Assembly: GCA_041659045.1 (NCBI GenBank)
Contig: JBAZZB010000001.1
Span: 134,111-198,110 of the forward strand
Direction of reading: 5' to 3'
DNA length: 64,000 nt
Source: Patescibacteria group bacterium
GTDB lineage: Bacteria > Patescibacteriota > Patescibacteriia > SG8-24 > DYFX01
The notes beneath the pieces are model-generated. The model was not told the origin of the DNA, did no database searches, and saw only the letters and a program-made list of their open reading frames with translations. Shown here one piece after another: positions 34,772-43,035 of this stretch (position 1 is its first letter; each line of letters starts with the position of its first letter). A program made the translations under genes and the position numbers.

Positions 34772-34822
34772 ATTGTAGGCTGTGTATCTACAGTATACAC
34801 TGGACATGCATTCAATGCTGTT

Positions 34823-36166
34823 ATGGCGAACCACAAACTCAATCCATTCTCCGAAACGCTCAAGACGTTTTTTGGGCGCGATACTTCGATTCTGCGGGAG
34901 GCTTTAAAGGCAATACAACCCGCTGAACTCGGCGTGATCATTAACGGGTTGTCCGAGCGCGAGAAAATTCAGGTGCTCGCCCTGCTTGAAGACCAAAAAC
35001 TCGGGCGCGTTTTGTGGGAAGTCAGCCCCCACACGAGACGCAGACTTCTTACAAGGATGTCTTCGGATCGTTTGGTGAAGCTCGTGACGGGTTTGGAATC
35101 GGACGAAGCGGCCGACGTCATTCAGCTGCTCGACCGTCGTCGCAAGGAGCGCATCATCGAGGCGCTCCGACGCCACGACCCCAAGAAGATTTTACCGCTT
35201 CTCGGTTTCGAAGAAGAGACGGCCGGCGGTCTCATGAAGTCCGAGTATTTGCGCGCGGAATCCGGCAAGACGGTCGAAGAAGTGCGTAAAGCGATTGCGG
35301 CTACGGGCAGCGGCCTGCAAAAAGCTTCGACGGTGTATGTCGTCGACGCGACGAATTCGCTGGTTGGCGCAATTTCGTTGATGCGTTTGGCAACCGCGTC
35401 AGCTGATAGTTTGATTGACGATTTGGCACACATTCCACCGACCAAACTTCCGGTCGGGATGTTGCAAGACGAGGTGACGCAGCTTTTCAGTGATCTCGAC
35501 GCGGTCGAACTTCCCGTTGTCGACGCACGAGGGAAACTCCTCGGTGTCGTGACGGCCGACGACGTGCTCGACGTGTTGAAGGAATCTCTTTCCGAAGATC
35601 TTTCGCGCTTCAGCGGTACTTCTGAAGACGAGCACGTGAGCGACCCTGCCTGGCTCTCGATTCGCCGCCGCTTGCCGTGGCTTCTTGTGAACCTTGCGAC
35701 CGCTGTTCTGGCAGCGTCCGTCGTCGCGCAATTTCAGGATACGATCAGCCAGATCGTCATTTTGGCGGCGCTCATGCCGATCGTCGCGGGTATGGGAGGA
35801 AACGCCGTGACGCAAACGCTCGGCGTTTCGATTCGTGCACTCGCGCTTCATCAGCTACATACCTGGGACATTTGGAAGATCACTGTTCGGCAGATGCTGG
35901 TCGGCGCAGCGAACGGCTGCTTGACCGGCGTGGTGATGGGTGGTCTGGCGTACGCGTGGACAGGCGACATTCAGCTCGCGTTCGTCATGGTGATCGCCAT
36001 GACAGTGACGCTCTTCATCGCTGGACTCGGTGGGATCCTGATTCCCGTCACTATGAAGAAGCTGAAGATCGATCCGGCGTTGGCTTCGACCGTCTTTGCC
36101 ACGACTCTGACTGATGTGATCGGGTTCCTGACATTTCTCGGTCTGGCTAAAATCCTTTTGACATGA
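34823..36166 (+). CDS. mgtE: Magnesium transporter MgtE
   Basis: N-terminal domain, tandem CBS (…VYVVDATNSLVGAISLMRL…LPVVDARGKLLGVVTADDVLDVL), and a C-terminal 5-TM MgtE domain. Confidence 0.9.
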   Translation: MANHKLNPFSETLKTFFGRDTSILREALKAIQPAELGVIINGLSEREKIQVLALLEDQKLGRVLWEVSPHTRRRLLTRMSSDRLVKLVTGLESDEAADVIQLLDRRRKERIIEALRRHDPKKILPLLGFEEETAGGLMKSEYLRAESGKTVEEVRKAIAATGSGLQKASTVYVVDATNSLVGAISLMRLATASADSLIDDLAHIPPTKLPVGMLQDEVTQLFSDLDAVELPVVDARGKLLGVVTADDVLDVLKESLSEDLSRFSGTSEDEHVSDPAWLSIRRRLPWLLVNLATAVLAASVVAQFQDTISQIVILAALMPIVAGMGGNAVTQTLGVSIRALALHQLHTWDIWKITVRQMLVGAANGCLTGVVMGGLAYAWTGDIQLAFVMVIAMTVTLFIAGLGGILIPVTMKKLKIDPALASTVFATTLTDVIGFLTFLGLAKILLT

Positions 36167-37521
36167 AATTGCATTTCTTCGGTGCCGCTCAGGAAGTGAC
36201 GGGTACGTGCTACTTGTTGGAGTCGGGGAGTCATAAAGTGCTCGTCGATTGCGGAATTTTTCAGGGCGGCGACGGCGACAGCAAGCGGAACCACTTGCCG
36301 TTCCCGTTCGAACCGGACGCGATCGACGCGATCTTTTTGACGCATCCGCACATGGACCACGTTGGTCGCGTGCCTCTGCTTGTGAAGCGCGGCTACCGTG
36401 GGCCTATTTTTACAACGTTCCCGACAGCCGATCTCACCAAGTTGCTGTGGAAGGACATGTTGTCCGTCATGCAAGACGCGGAAAAGCGTGAACATGTGCC
36501 GCCTCTCTACGACGAAGATGACGTGGCCAAAGCGGAAGCGCGGCTCATGCCGGTTGAATACGAGACGCTGGCGGAAATTTGCGCGGGAGCGATTAAGGCG
36601 ACCTTCCACGACGCCGGTCACGTCCTTGGTTCGGCGTTTATCGAGTTTAACGTCGAGAATCGAACGGTCGTTTTTTCTGGAGACCTTGGCAACGATGACG
36701 TGCCGATTTTGCGTCCGACGGCGTCTCTGCCCGCTTGCGACGTGCTTGTGATCGAGTCGACCTACGGAGATCGTTTGCACGAAGACTTGCAGACACGCCA
36801 AACGATTTTGCGTGACCTCGTGAAAGAGACGATCGAAAAAAAGGGCGTGCTCATGATCCCGACCTTCGCGATCGAGCGCACGCAGGAAATCATGCTGACG
36901 CTGCATCGTCTTGCGGAGAACGGGGAAATTCCGCGCGTGCCGATTTTCCTCGACAGTCCGCTGGCCATCAACGCCACGCATGTGTATGAAGAGTACGGCC
37001 GGTATTTCAACGAGAATGCCAAAAAGGAGATGATGTCTGGTCACGAGTTATTTGAGTTGCCAGGTTTTGTCGCCACCAAGACGCCGGACATGTCGAAAAA
37101 AATTAATGATGTCGTGCCGCCGAAAGTGATCCTGGCGGGATCCGGCATGATGACGGGTGGACGCATCTTGCATCATCTCGTCCGTTACTTGCCTGACCCG
37201 AATTCAACCTTGATGATCGTCGGGTATCAGGCGCACGGGACGGTTGGACGCCGATTGTATGAAGGCGCAAAAACCGTGCGCATCCACGGTCACGATGTTC
37301 ACGTCAACGCGACCGTGACCTCCGTTGGTGCCTGGAGCGCGCACGCCGACCAAGCAAAACTCCTGCGTTGGATCCAGAGTGCACCGAAGAAGCCGGAGGT
37401 CGTTCTCGTGACGCACGGCGAACAAAACGCGTCGGAAACACTCGAGCGAAAACTGAAGCGGGACCTGAACATCGATGCCTATGTTCCGGCTCCAGGCCAG
37501 ATGTTCAACCTACATACATAA
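36163..37521 (+). CDS. MBL-fold beta-CASP ribonuclease (RNase J-like/CPSF-like)
   Basis: HPHMDHVG metallo-beta-lactamase motif, beta-CASP region and a C-terminal RNA-metabolising MBL domain; ATGA overlap with mgtE. Confidence 0.7.
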   Translation: MKLHFFGAAQEVTGTCYLLESGSHKVLVDCGIFQGGDGDSKRNHLPFPFEPDAIDAIFLTHPHMDHVGRVPLLVKRGYRGPIFTTFPTADLTKLLWKDMLSVMQDAEKREHVPPLYDEDDVAKAEARLMPVEYETLAEICAGAIKATFHDAGHVLGSAFIEFNVENRTVVFSGDLGNDDVPILRPTASLPACDVLVIESTYGDRLHEDLQTRQTILRDLVKETIEKKGVLMIPTFAIERTQEIMLTLHRLAENGEIPRVPIFLDSPLAINATHVYEEYGRYFNENAKKEMMSGHELFELPGFVATKTPDMSKKINDVVPPKVILAGSGMMTGGRILHHLVRYLPDPNSTLMIVGYQAHGTVGRRLYEGAKTVRIHGHDVHVNATVTSVGAWSAHADQAKLLRWIQSAPKKPEVVLVTHGEQNASETLERKLKRDLNIDAYVPAPGQMFNLHT

Positions 37522-37532
37522 GAGGAAGTACA

Positions 37533-37559
37533 AAAATAGCCTAAAATAGGCTATTTTTG
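37533..37559 (+). terminator. Rho-independent terminator
   Basis: AAAATAGCC-taaaat-GGCTATTTT followed by a T-run. Confidence 0.75.
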
Positions 37560-37591
37560 CTAATATAAGCCATTTATATTGTTATTTAGTA

Positions 37592-37621
37592 TTGACAAAA
37601 CTGTCTAAATATGCTAGACTG
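37592..37621 (+). promoter_or_regulatory. Strong sigma70-like promoter driving the GC-rich island
   Basis: TTGACA (37592-37597), a 17/18-nt spacer, then TAGACT (37616-37621), in an AT-rich stretch ~50 nt upstream of the 37671 ATG. Confidence 0.55.
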
Positions 37622-37670
37622 CTTGCATCGTAGGACTGACAGTTCACCCCGCAATTCTGGAGGATTTCTC

Positions 37671-37982
37671 ATGAAGCCCCTGCTCATTTCGCTCATCATC
37701 GCCCTCGGCCTCTTCGCCACCACCTCGACCGCTTCGGCCGACCGCACCTTCGAGGTGAAGGACGACGTGGTGAAGCTGGTCATCAAGAAGGCGAAGTTCG
37801 TCTTCGCCAAGCCCACCACCACCCTCATCAAGACCTGTGTCGACGACGCCCGCTACGAGTGCGTCTACAAGCTGGTCGGCAAGAACCGGCGCCAGAAGGA
37901 GATCAAGATCTACGAGTACCGCGCGGACGACTACGTCTTCCCGATCTACATCACCGAGCACAAGCTCGCCTCCACCAACTGA
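37671..37982 (+). CDS. Small secreted protein (island gene A)
   Basis: GGAGGA RBS; signal peptide MKPLLISLIIALGLFATTSTASA; 103 aa with 2 Cys; extreme GC3 codon bias. Confidence 0.6.
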   Translation: MKPLLISLIIALGLFATTSTASADRTFEVKDDVVKLVIKKAKFVFAKPTTTLIKTCVDDARYECVYKLVGKNRRQKEIKIYEYRADDYVFPIYITEHKLASTN

Positions 37983-38033
37983 TCGCGTCGCGATCACTCA
38001 GCTCAGCGCGTCGAGCCTCCGCTCGACGTCTCT

Positions 38034-38080
38034 GCCAAAGCTTCCGAGTCTCTCGGAATCTCCGGCAGGGAAACGTTCCC
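38034..38080 (+). repeat. Island repeat R1 (47 nt, two hairpins) upstream of gene B
   Basis: gccaaagcttCCGAGtctCTCGGaatctccggcaGGGAAacgTTCCC; the homolog is at 38499-38548. Confidence 0.5.
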
Positions 38081-38116
38081 AACGAGACACCACCACATAC
38101 CACAGCGAGGTTACCC

Positions 38117-38452
38117 GTGCCCGAGTTCAAGCTCTACATCATTGCCGACGCGTGCGCGCCCGCCGCCCTCATGTTCGGACCGTTCAACTCTCCCGAGGCG
38201 GCCGACGCCTGGCTCGAGGAGCTCAAGGGTCGGCTGCCCGCCAACGAGTGGCACCACAAGGTGCAGACGATCAAGGGGTCGTACCTCCCCAACGCGCTCG
38301 TCTACAGGCGCTTCCAGAACATCGCCACCAAGCAGTGGTTCACGGTCCACCTCGTCGAGGTCGACAAGGACGCCGCGGTGGCCAGCACGTTCGAAGCCGC
38401 GCAGGACCTCGCCACGGTGCTCTTGCACCTGAACCTCAAGTCCGCCACCTAG
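38117..38452 (+). CDS. Hypothetical cytoplasmic protein (island gene B)
   Basis: GTG start with GAGG upstream; 111 aa; GC3-rich. Confidence 0.5.
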   Translation: MPEFKLYIIADACAPAALMFGPFNSPEAADAWLEELKGRLPANEWHHKVQTIKGSYLPNALVYRRFQNIATKQWFTVHLVEVDKDAAVASTFEAAQDLATVLLHLNLKSAT

Positions 38453-38498
38453 TCTCACCCCTCAGTCTTCGCAGGACGCCCGCCCCCGTCCTGCTCCC

Positions 38499-38548
38499 GC
38501 CAAAGCTTCCGATAGAATCGGAATCTCCGGCGGGAAAATCTTCCCGCC
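38499..38548 (+). repeat. Island repeat R2 (50 nt, two hairpins) upstream of gene C
   Basis: gccaaagcttCCGATagaATCGGaatctccggcGGGAAaatcTTCCCgcc; hairpin 1 carries compensatory changes relative to R1 (CCGAG/CTCGG to CCGAT/ATCGG). Confidence 0.5.
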
Positions 38549-38600
38549 TGTTTCTGTTCATGGGCGATCGTGCCCAACAACCCCGGCCAAGGAGGCCACC

Positions 38601-39077
38601 ATGCACCGTCCCGATTTGATGCTGAGCCGCGAAGTGCTGCGCCCGCGACCTGCTCCGACGTTCCCGCGCCGCAAGCTCGGATTCATTCCGATCAGCTTGA
38701 TCGTTGCGGGTGTCGTCGCGATCACGGTCGCAGTCATGGGCATGATGCACGATCGTTCGATGCGCCAGCCTTCCGTGGCCGGTCTGTCGGTCCCGGCTCC
38801 GTCGGCGCCGTTCGCCTGCACGCTCGAGGATCGCGAGATCCAGAACCTCGTCTACGAGCTCTCCATGCACGGCTGGATCCAGCCGTTCGAAGTCGAGGGG
38901 GTCTCGTGCGATCCGTTCAGCCAGACCTCGCCGAAGGTGCGTTTCACCATCGTCGAGCGTCCGGTGGACGAGCTCTGGATCTACTACACGACCGAGCATC
39001 GCTATCCGTGCAAGCCGCCCAAGGAGTCGTGGCTGCGCGGAGATCCGAGCGCCTGGAAGTACTGCTACAAGCGGTGA
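38601..39077 (+). CDS. Membrane-anchored protein with Cys-containing extracytoplasmic domain (island gene C)
   Basis: AAGGAGG RBS; one TM (FIPISLIVAGVVAITVAVMGMM); 158 aa. Confidence 0.6.
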   Translation: MHRPDLMLSREVLRPRPAPTFPRRKLGFIPISLIVAGVVAITVAVMGMMHDRSMRQPSVAGLSVPAPSAPFACTLEDREIQNLVYELSMHGWIQPFEVEGVSCDPFSQTSPKVRFTIVERPVDELWIYYTTEHRYPCKPPKESWLRGDPSAWKYCYKR

Positions 39078-39079
39078 CC

Positions 39080-39190
39080 ATGTTCGAAGTTCTGTTCCTT
39101 CTCGCTCTGGTCGTCGCGCTCCTCACGGACGTGACGCCAGAAACCAAGATCGTCGCGCCCGCGCCGCCCGACGACCTCAACCTCAACTGA
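39080..39190 (+). CDS. Possible 36-aa TM peptide
   Basis: ATG overlaps the gene C stop (gTGAccATG); MFEVLFLLALVVALLTDVTPETKIVAPAPPDDLNLN. Confidence 0.3.
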   Translation: MFEVLFLLALVVALLTDVTPETKIVAPAPPDDLNLN

Positions 39191-39295
39191 CCGCACCTAT
39201 CCGGTCATAAAAATGATAGGGTTCTCTCTGAGCGTTCGAGTGATCGAACATTCGGATCGGAATTCCGTCCGCTCCAGACGTTTTTAGGAGGTCCC

Positions 39296-39526
39296 ATGCG
39301 CTTCTGGTCCGCCTTGTCTCTGTTCATCCTCAGTCTTGTTGCCATCGTCCACGGCTACCGCGTCCAGGAGGATGGGTACTTCGTGAGCGGCTTCATCGCT
39401 TTGTTGGTGAGTGTTCTCGCCATGGTCTATTACACCTGGGTGTACACCATCGAGACGCTCAGCGAGGAAGTCGCCAAGACCATCGCCAAGGAGAAAAGGA
39501 ACATCAGGAGCCATCATGGCCCCTGA
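39296..39526 (+). CDS. Small 2-TM membrane protein (island gene D)
   Basis: AGGAGG RBS; 76 aa. Confidence 0.55.
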   Translation: MRFWSALSLFILSLVAIVHGYRVQEDGYFVSGFIALLVSVLAMVYYTWVYTIETLSEEVAKTIAKEKRNIRSHHGP

Positions 39527-39681
39527 GCAAGATCAATCATGGTTCGTCGAGGACAACCATGCACAACCCGTCGGTTCTCACGGCGGGTTTTATCGTTCCC
39601 TAATATTCTTGACATGTGAGCTTTTCCTTGGTAGCCTCAACCTCGTCTTTGGACAGCCCGTTTTACGGGTAGGAGGACATC

Positions 39682-40830
39682 ATGCGTACCCAGCTCGCTC
39701 TGCTCGTTTCCTTGGTTTTCGTGGTCTGCACCGGCGCTTGCGCCGGTCGTCAGCGCCCCCAGTCGGGCCTGCGTTCCGAGCTGCATCAGCCGCTGGCCGC
39801 TCCCGACCCCAAGGTCCAGAGCGTCCCCATCGATACGGAGATCGTCGTGCCCGAAGCACCGCACGCCGCCGCCTCGGTCGCGGCAGTCGCCGTCCCCAAG
39901 AAGATCGTGCCGAAGCGCATCAAGCGCGTCCGTTCCGCTCAGGAACAGATCAACTTCGATGTGCGGCAGATCATCAACGCGAACAACGCCTGGCTCCGCG
40001 CCGTGGGCGAGCGAGTGTACGGGACGCGTGTCCCGCCATCGCTGCCCATGAACGACGAGCTCGTCGCTGCTCTGCGCATCGAACCCAACACCGTCGAACG
40101 TCCGCGACGGTACGTCGCGAAGGCACCGCGCGCTTCCGTGAAGCACGCCAAGCCCCCGATCCCGTCCGTGACGCACGTCGTCTACAGCGCCGCGCGAACG
40201 CGCTCGTTGACACCGCTACCACCAAAGGTGCAAGAACGCGCAAACGTTGCCGCTCTTGCCGCCCTGGAATCGCCTGATCCCACGACGCTCGGCGTCGTGA
40301 GTTCCGCCCCGCCCGCTACTACGGAAGCCACATCTTCCGTCGTGCACATGTCCAACATGTCCGCGCGACGTTCCGATGTCGCGCTCACCGATCCCAAATC
40401 CTCTTCGATCGACGTGGTCGATCGCCCGCACCTGTTCGAACCGAGCGCTTCCGTAAGCGCTTCCAGTCCGTTCTACCAGCTCTACCTCCCGGCGATCATC
40501 TTCGCGGTGATCCTCGGTCCGCTCCTTGGTTACATCCTTTCGCGCCGTCCAACGCGCGTTTCGTCGTTCGATGATGACGTCGTTCGCGACGCCACCAGCA
40601 CAGTCGTTACCGACCCTGCTCCGACCCACGTACTCGCCCTTGCGCACGTCGTACCTCACTCCGCCCCGACCCAGGAGGCCAGGCCTCCTCACCAGTTCCC
40701 GGAAGGTTCCGGACAGATCATCCGTTCGGAAGACCTCAACACCGGTCAGATCGCTGCCGGTGAGATCGAGGACAAGAACCTCGACGCGCCTACCCAGGCG
40801 CCACCCACGAACACCATCTACTTGAACTGA
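39682..40830 (+). CDS. Lipoprotein/secreted low-complexity protein with a C-proximal TM (island gene E)
   Basis: AGGAGG RBS; signal peptide with Cys; Pro/Ala/Ser-rich; TM FYQLYLPAIIFAVILGPLLGYIL near the C-terminus. Confidence 0.6.
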   Translation: MRTQLALLVSLVFVVCTGACAGRQRPQSGLRSELHQPLAAPDPKVQSVPIDTEIVVPEAPHAAASVAAVAVPKKIVPKRIKRVRSAQEQINFDVRQIINANNAWLRAVGERVYGTRVPPSLPMNDELVAALRIEPNTVERPRRYVAKAPRASVKHAKPPIPSVTHVVYSAARTRSLTPLPPKVQERANVAALAALESPDPTTLGVVSSAPPATTEATSSVVHMSNMSARRSDVALTDPKSSSIDVVDRPHLFEPSASVSASSPFYQLYLPAIIFAVILGPLLGYILSRRPTRVSSFDDDVVRDATSTVVTDPAPTHVLALAHVVPHSAPTQEARPPHQFPEGSGQIIRSEDLNTGQIAAGEIEDKNLDAPTQAPPTNTIYLN

Positions 40831-40856
40831 CGTGGTCAGTTCCGCGCAACTTCATC

Positions 40857-40885
40857 GGCCCCTCCTCGCGAGGCGGCCGTTTTTT
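40857..40885 (+). terminator. Rho-independent terminator ending the island
   Basis: GC-rich hairpin (GGCC-cctcctcgcgagg-CGGCC) followed by TTTTTT. Confidence 0.75.
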
Positions 40886-40933
40886 ATCTCTTTTTTTGAC
40901 ACGTTCGCCATCTCATTCTCTAAGCTGCTATTG

Positions 40934-40962
40934 TTGACAAGACCCTTTAGAAGCGGTATTTT
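40934..40962 (+). promoter_or_regulatory. Putative uvrB promoter
   Basis: TTGACA (40934-40939), 17 nt, then TATTTT (40957-40962); ATG at 40982. Confidence 0.4.
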
Positions 40963-40981
40963 GCGTTCTTATTGATCCGTC

Positions 40982-43024
40982 ATGAACTTCAAGCTCAAAG
41001 CACCCTATTCGCCAGCCGGAGATCAGCCGCAAGCTATTGAAAAGCTCGTGGCCGGTTTGAAGTCGGGCCAGGAGATGCAGACGCTTCTTGGTGTGACGGG
41101 TTCAGGAAAAACGTACACCGTCGCCAACGTTATTCAGGAAATGCAGAAGCCAACCTTGGTGATCGCGCATAACAAGACGTTGGCCGCGCAGTTGTGCAAC
41201 GAGTTCCGCGAGTTCTTCCCGGAGAACGCTGTTGAGTACTTCGTGTCGTATTACGACTACTACCAGCCGGAAGCTTACGTGCCGTCGAGCGACACCTATA
41301 TCGAGAAGGAATCGATGATCAACGAAGAGATCGATCGACTTCGACACGCTTCGACGCAGGCACTTCTGACGCGCAAGGACGTCATCATCGTTGCTTCGGT
41401 TTCCTGCATCTACGGCTTGGGTGCGCCGGAACAATATGAAAAAACCGTGCTTCATTTCAAAACAGGGGAGCGCATCACGCGCGAAGGCGTTTTGACGCGT
41501 TTTATCGAGATGCAGTTCGAGCGCACGACCGCCGATCTGACGCGTGGCCATTTCCGCGTGCGCGGTGAAACGGTCGAGGTCATGCCGGCGAACGAAGAGA
41601 TGATCTATCGCATCGAGACGGGCATGGGCGAGATCACGGGCATCTATAAAATCGATCCGCTGACGCGTAAGCGTGCCGAGCGTGTCGAAGATGTTTGGAT
41701 TTTCCCAGCCAAGCACTTCATTACGAATGCTGAAGATCGGACACGTGCCTTGGCACAGATGGAAATTGAAATGAAGGCACAGCTCGAGAAGTTCCGCAAA
41801 GAAGGAAAGCTGCTCGAAGCAGAGCGTCTTGAACGCCGTACGCGGTTCGATATGGCGATGATGCGCGAAGTCGGCTACTGCCACGGCATCGAGAACTATT
41901 CGCAGATTCTTTCCGGACGTCCGCCGGGTGCTCCGCCGGATACGCTCATGTCGTATTTCCCGAAAGATTTCTTGATGGTCATCGATGAATCGCATGTCAC
42001 GATTCCGCAGATCGGAGGCATGTCGGCGGGGGACGCGGCGCGCAAGAAGACGCTTATTGAATACGGTTTCCGTTTGCCGAGCGCTGCCGATAACCGCCCG
42101 CTTGCCTGGGCGGAATTTGAATCGCGCATGCCGCAAGCCTTGTTTGTTTCGGCGACGCCTGGGAAATACGAATACGCAAACAGTGACCAGATCGTCGAGC
42201 AAATCATTCGCCCGACGGGTCTTGTCGATCCTGAAGTCATTGTGAAACCGGTTACGGAAGACCTGAACACTGGTTACAAAGGCCAGGTTGAAGATTTGAT
42301 TGAGCGCATCAAGGGCCGTATTGAAAAAGACGAGCGCGTCATGGCGACGACGCTCACGAAAAAAATGGCCGAGGATCTTACGACGTATCTCGAGACGCTC
42401 AAGATCAAAGTGAAATACATTCATTCCGACGTCGAGACGCTTGATCGCATCCAGATTCTCCACGAGTTTCGTCGTGGCGTGTTCGACGTCTTAATCGGCG
42501 TGAACTTGCTGCGTGAAGGTCTCGACTTACCGGAAGTTTCGCTCGTCGCAATTCTCGATGCCGACAAGGAGGGTTTCCTCCGTTCTGAAACGTCGCTGAT
42601 TCAAACAATCGGCCGCGCCGCGCGTAACGTCGGTGGCCAAGTCGTGCTGTATGCCGACGGCGATACCGGTTCGCTCACGCGCGCGATCAGAGAAACCAAT
42701 CGCCGCCGTGAACGGCAGATGGCGTACAACAAGGAGCACAACATTACGCCGAAGACGGTGAAGAAAGCGATCACGTCGATGTTCACCGAGATTGAGAAGT
42801 CTCGCGAGAAGGCCGCTAAGCGTAACCTCGAACTGGAAGCCAAGGCTGAGAAACGCCCGCTCGAAGCCGTGTTGAAGGAAAAAGAACTGCAGATGCGTGA
42901 CGCCGCCAAATCGCTCGAGTTCGAACTCGCGGCGCTCCTGCGCGATGAAATTCGCGAGCTCAAGAAGAAGCAGGCCGAAGCGGAGGCGAAGCCGAAGACC
43001 GCCAAACCGCGCCGCGGGCGCTAA
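40982..43024 (+). CDS. uvrB: Excinuclease ABC subunit B UvrB
   Basis: GVTGSGKT Walker A, helicase motifs, and the C-terminal UvrB/UvrC interaction motif [15 protein letters not shown]. Confidence 0.95.
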   Translation: MNFKLKAPYSPAGDQPQAIEKLVAGLKSGQEMQTLLGVTGSGKTYTVANVIQEMQKPTLVIAHNKTLAAQLCNEFREFFPENAVEYFVSYYDYYQPEAYVPSSDTYIEKESMINEEIDRLRHASTQALLTRKDVIIVASVSCIYGLGAPEQYEKTVLHFKTGERITREGVLTRFIEMQFERTTADLTRGHFRVRGETVEVMPANEEMIYRIETGMGEITGIYKIDPLTRKRAERVEDVWIFPAKHFITNAEDRTRALAQMEIEMKAQLEKFRKEGKLLEAERLERRTRFDMAMMREVGYCHGIENYSQILSGRPPGAPPDTLMSYFPKDFLMVIDESHVTIPQIGGMSAGDAARKKTLIEYGFRLPSAADNRPLAWAEFESRMPQALFVSATPGKYEYANSDQIVEQIIRPTGLVDPEVIVKPVTEDLNTGYKGQVEDLIERIKGRIEKDERVMATTLTKKMAEDLTTYLETLKIKVKYIHSDVETLDRIQILHEFRRGVFDVLIGVNLLREGLDLPEVSLVAILDADKEGFLRSETSLIQTIGRAARNVGGQVVLYADGDTGSLTRAIRETNRRRERQMAYNKEHNITPKTVKKAITSMFTEIEKSREKAAKRNLELEAKAEKRPLEAVLKEKELQMRDAAKSLEFELAALLRDEIRELKKKQAEAEAKPKTAKPRRGR

Positions 43025-43035
43025 CCCCACCGACT

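Noticed and set aside
34775-34822. TGTAT-ctacagt-ATACA inverted repeat between the divergent secreted-protein and mgtE genes as an operator
   Set aside because: Short (5-bp arms) and AT-rich; likely chance similarity to the GTATAC-rich -10 region.
38034-38548. Possibility that R1/R2 are a CRISPR array
   Set aside because: Only two copies, spaced ~460 nt apart with a protein-coding gene between them, and each is an internally structured 47-50 nt element. No cas genes.
37837-38619. 260-aa ORF and other long alternative-frame ORFs inside the GC-rich island (for example 37644-37997 minus, 38111-38458 minus)
   Set aside because: These are open frames caused by GC3 bias (Pro/Arg/Ala-rich) with no RBS; the annotated frames have signal peptides or TM segments and canonical SDs.
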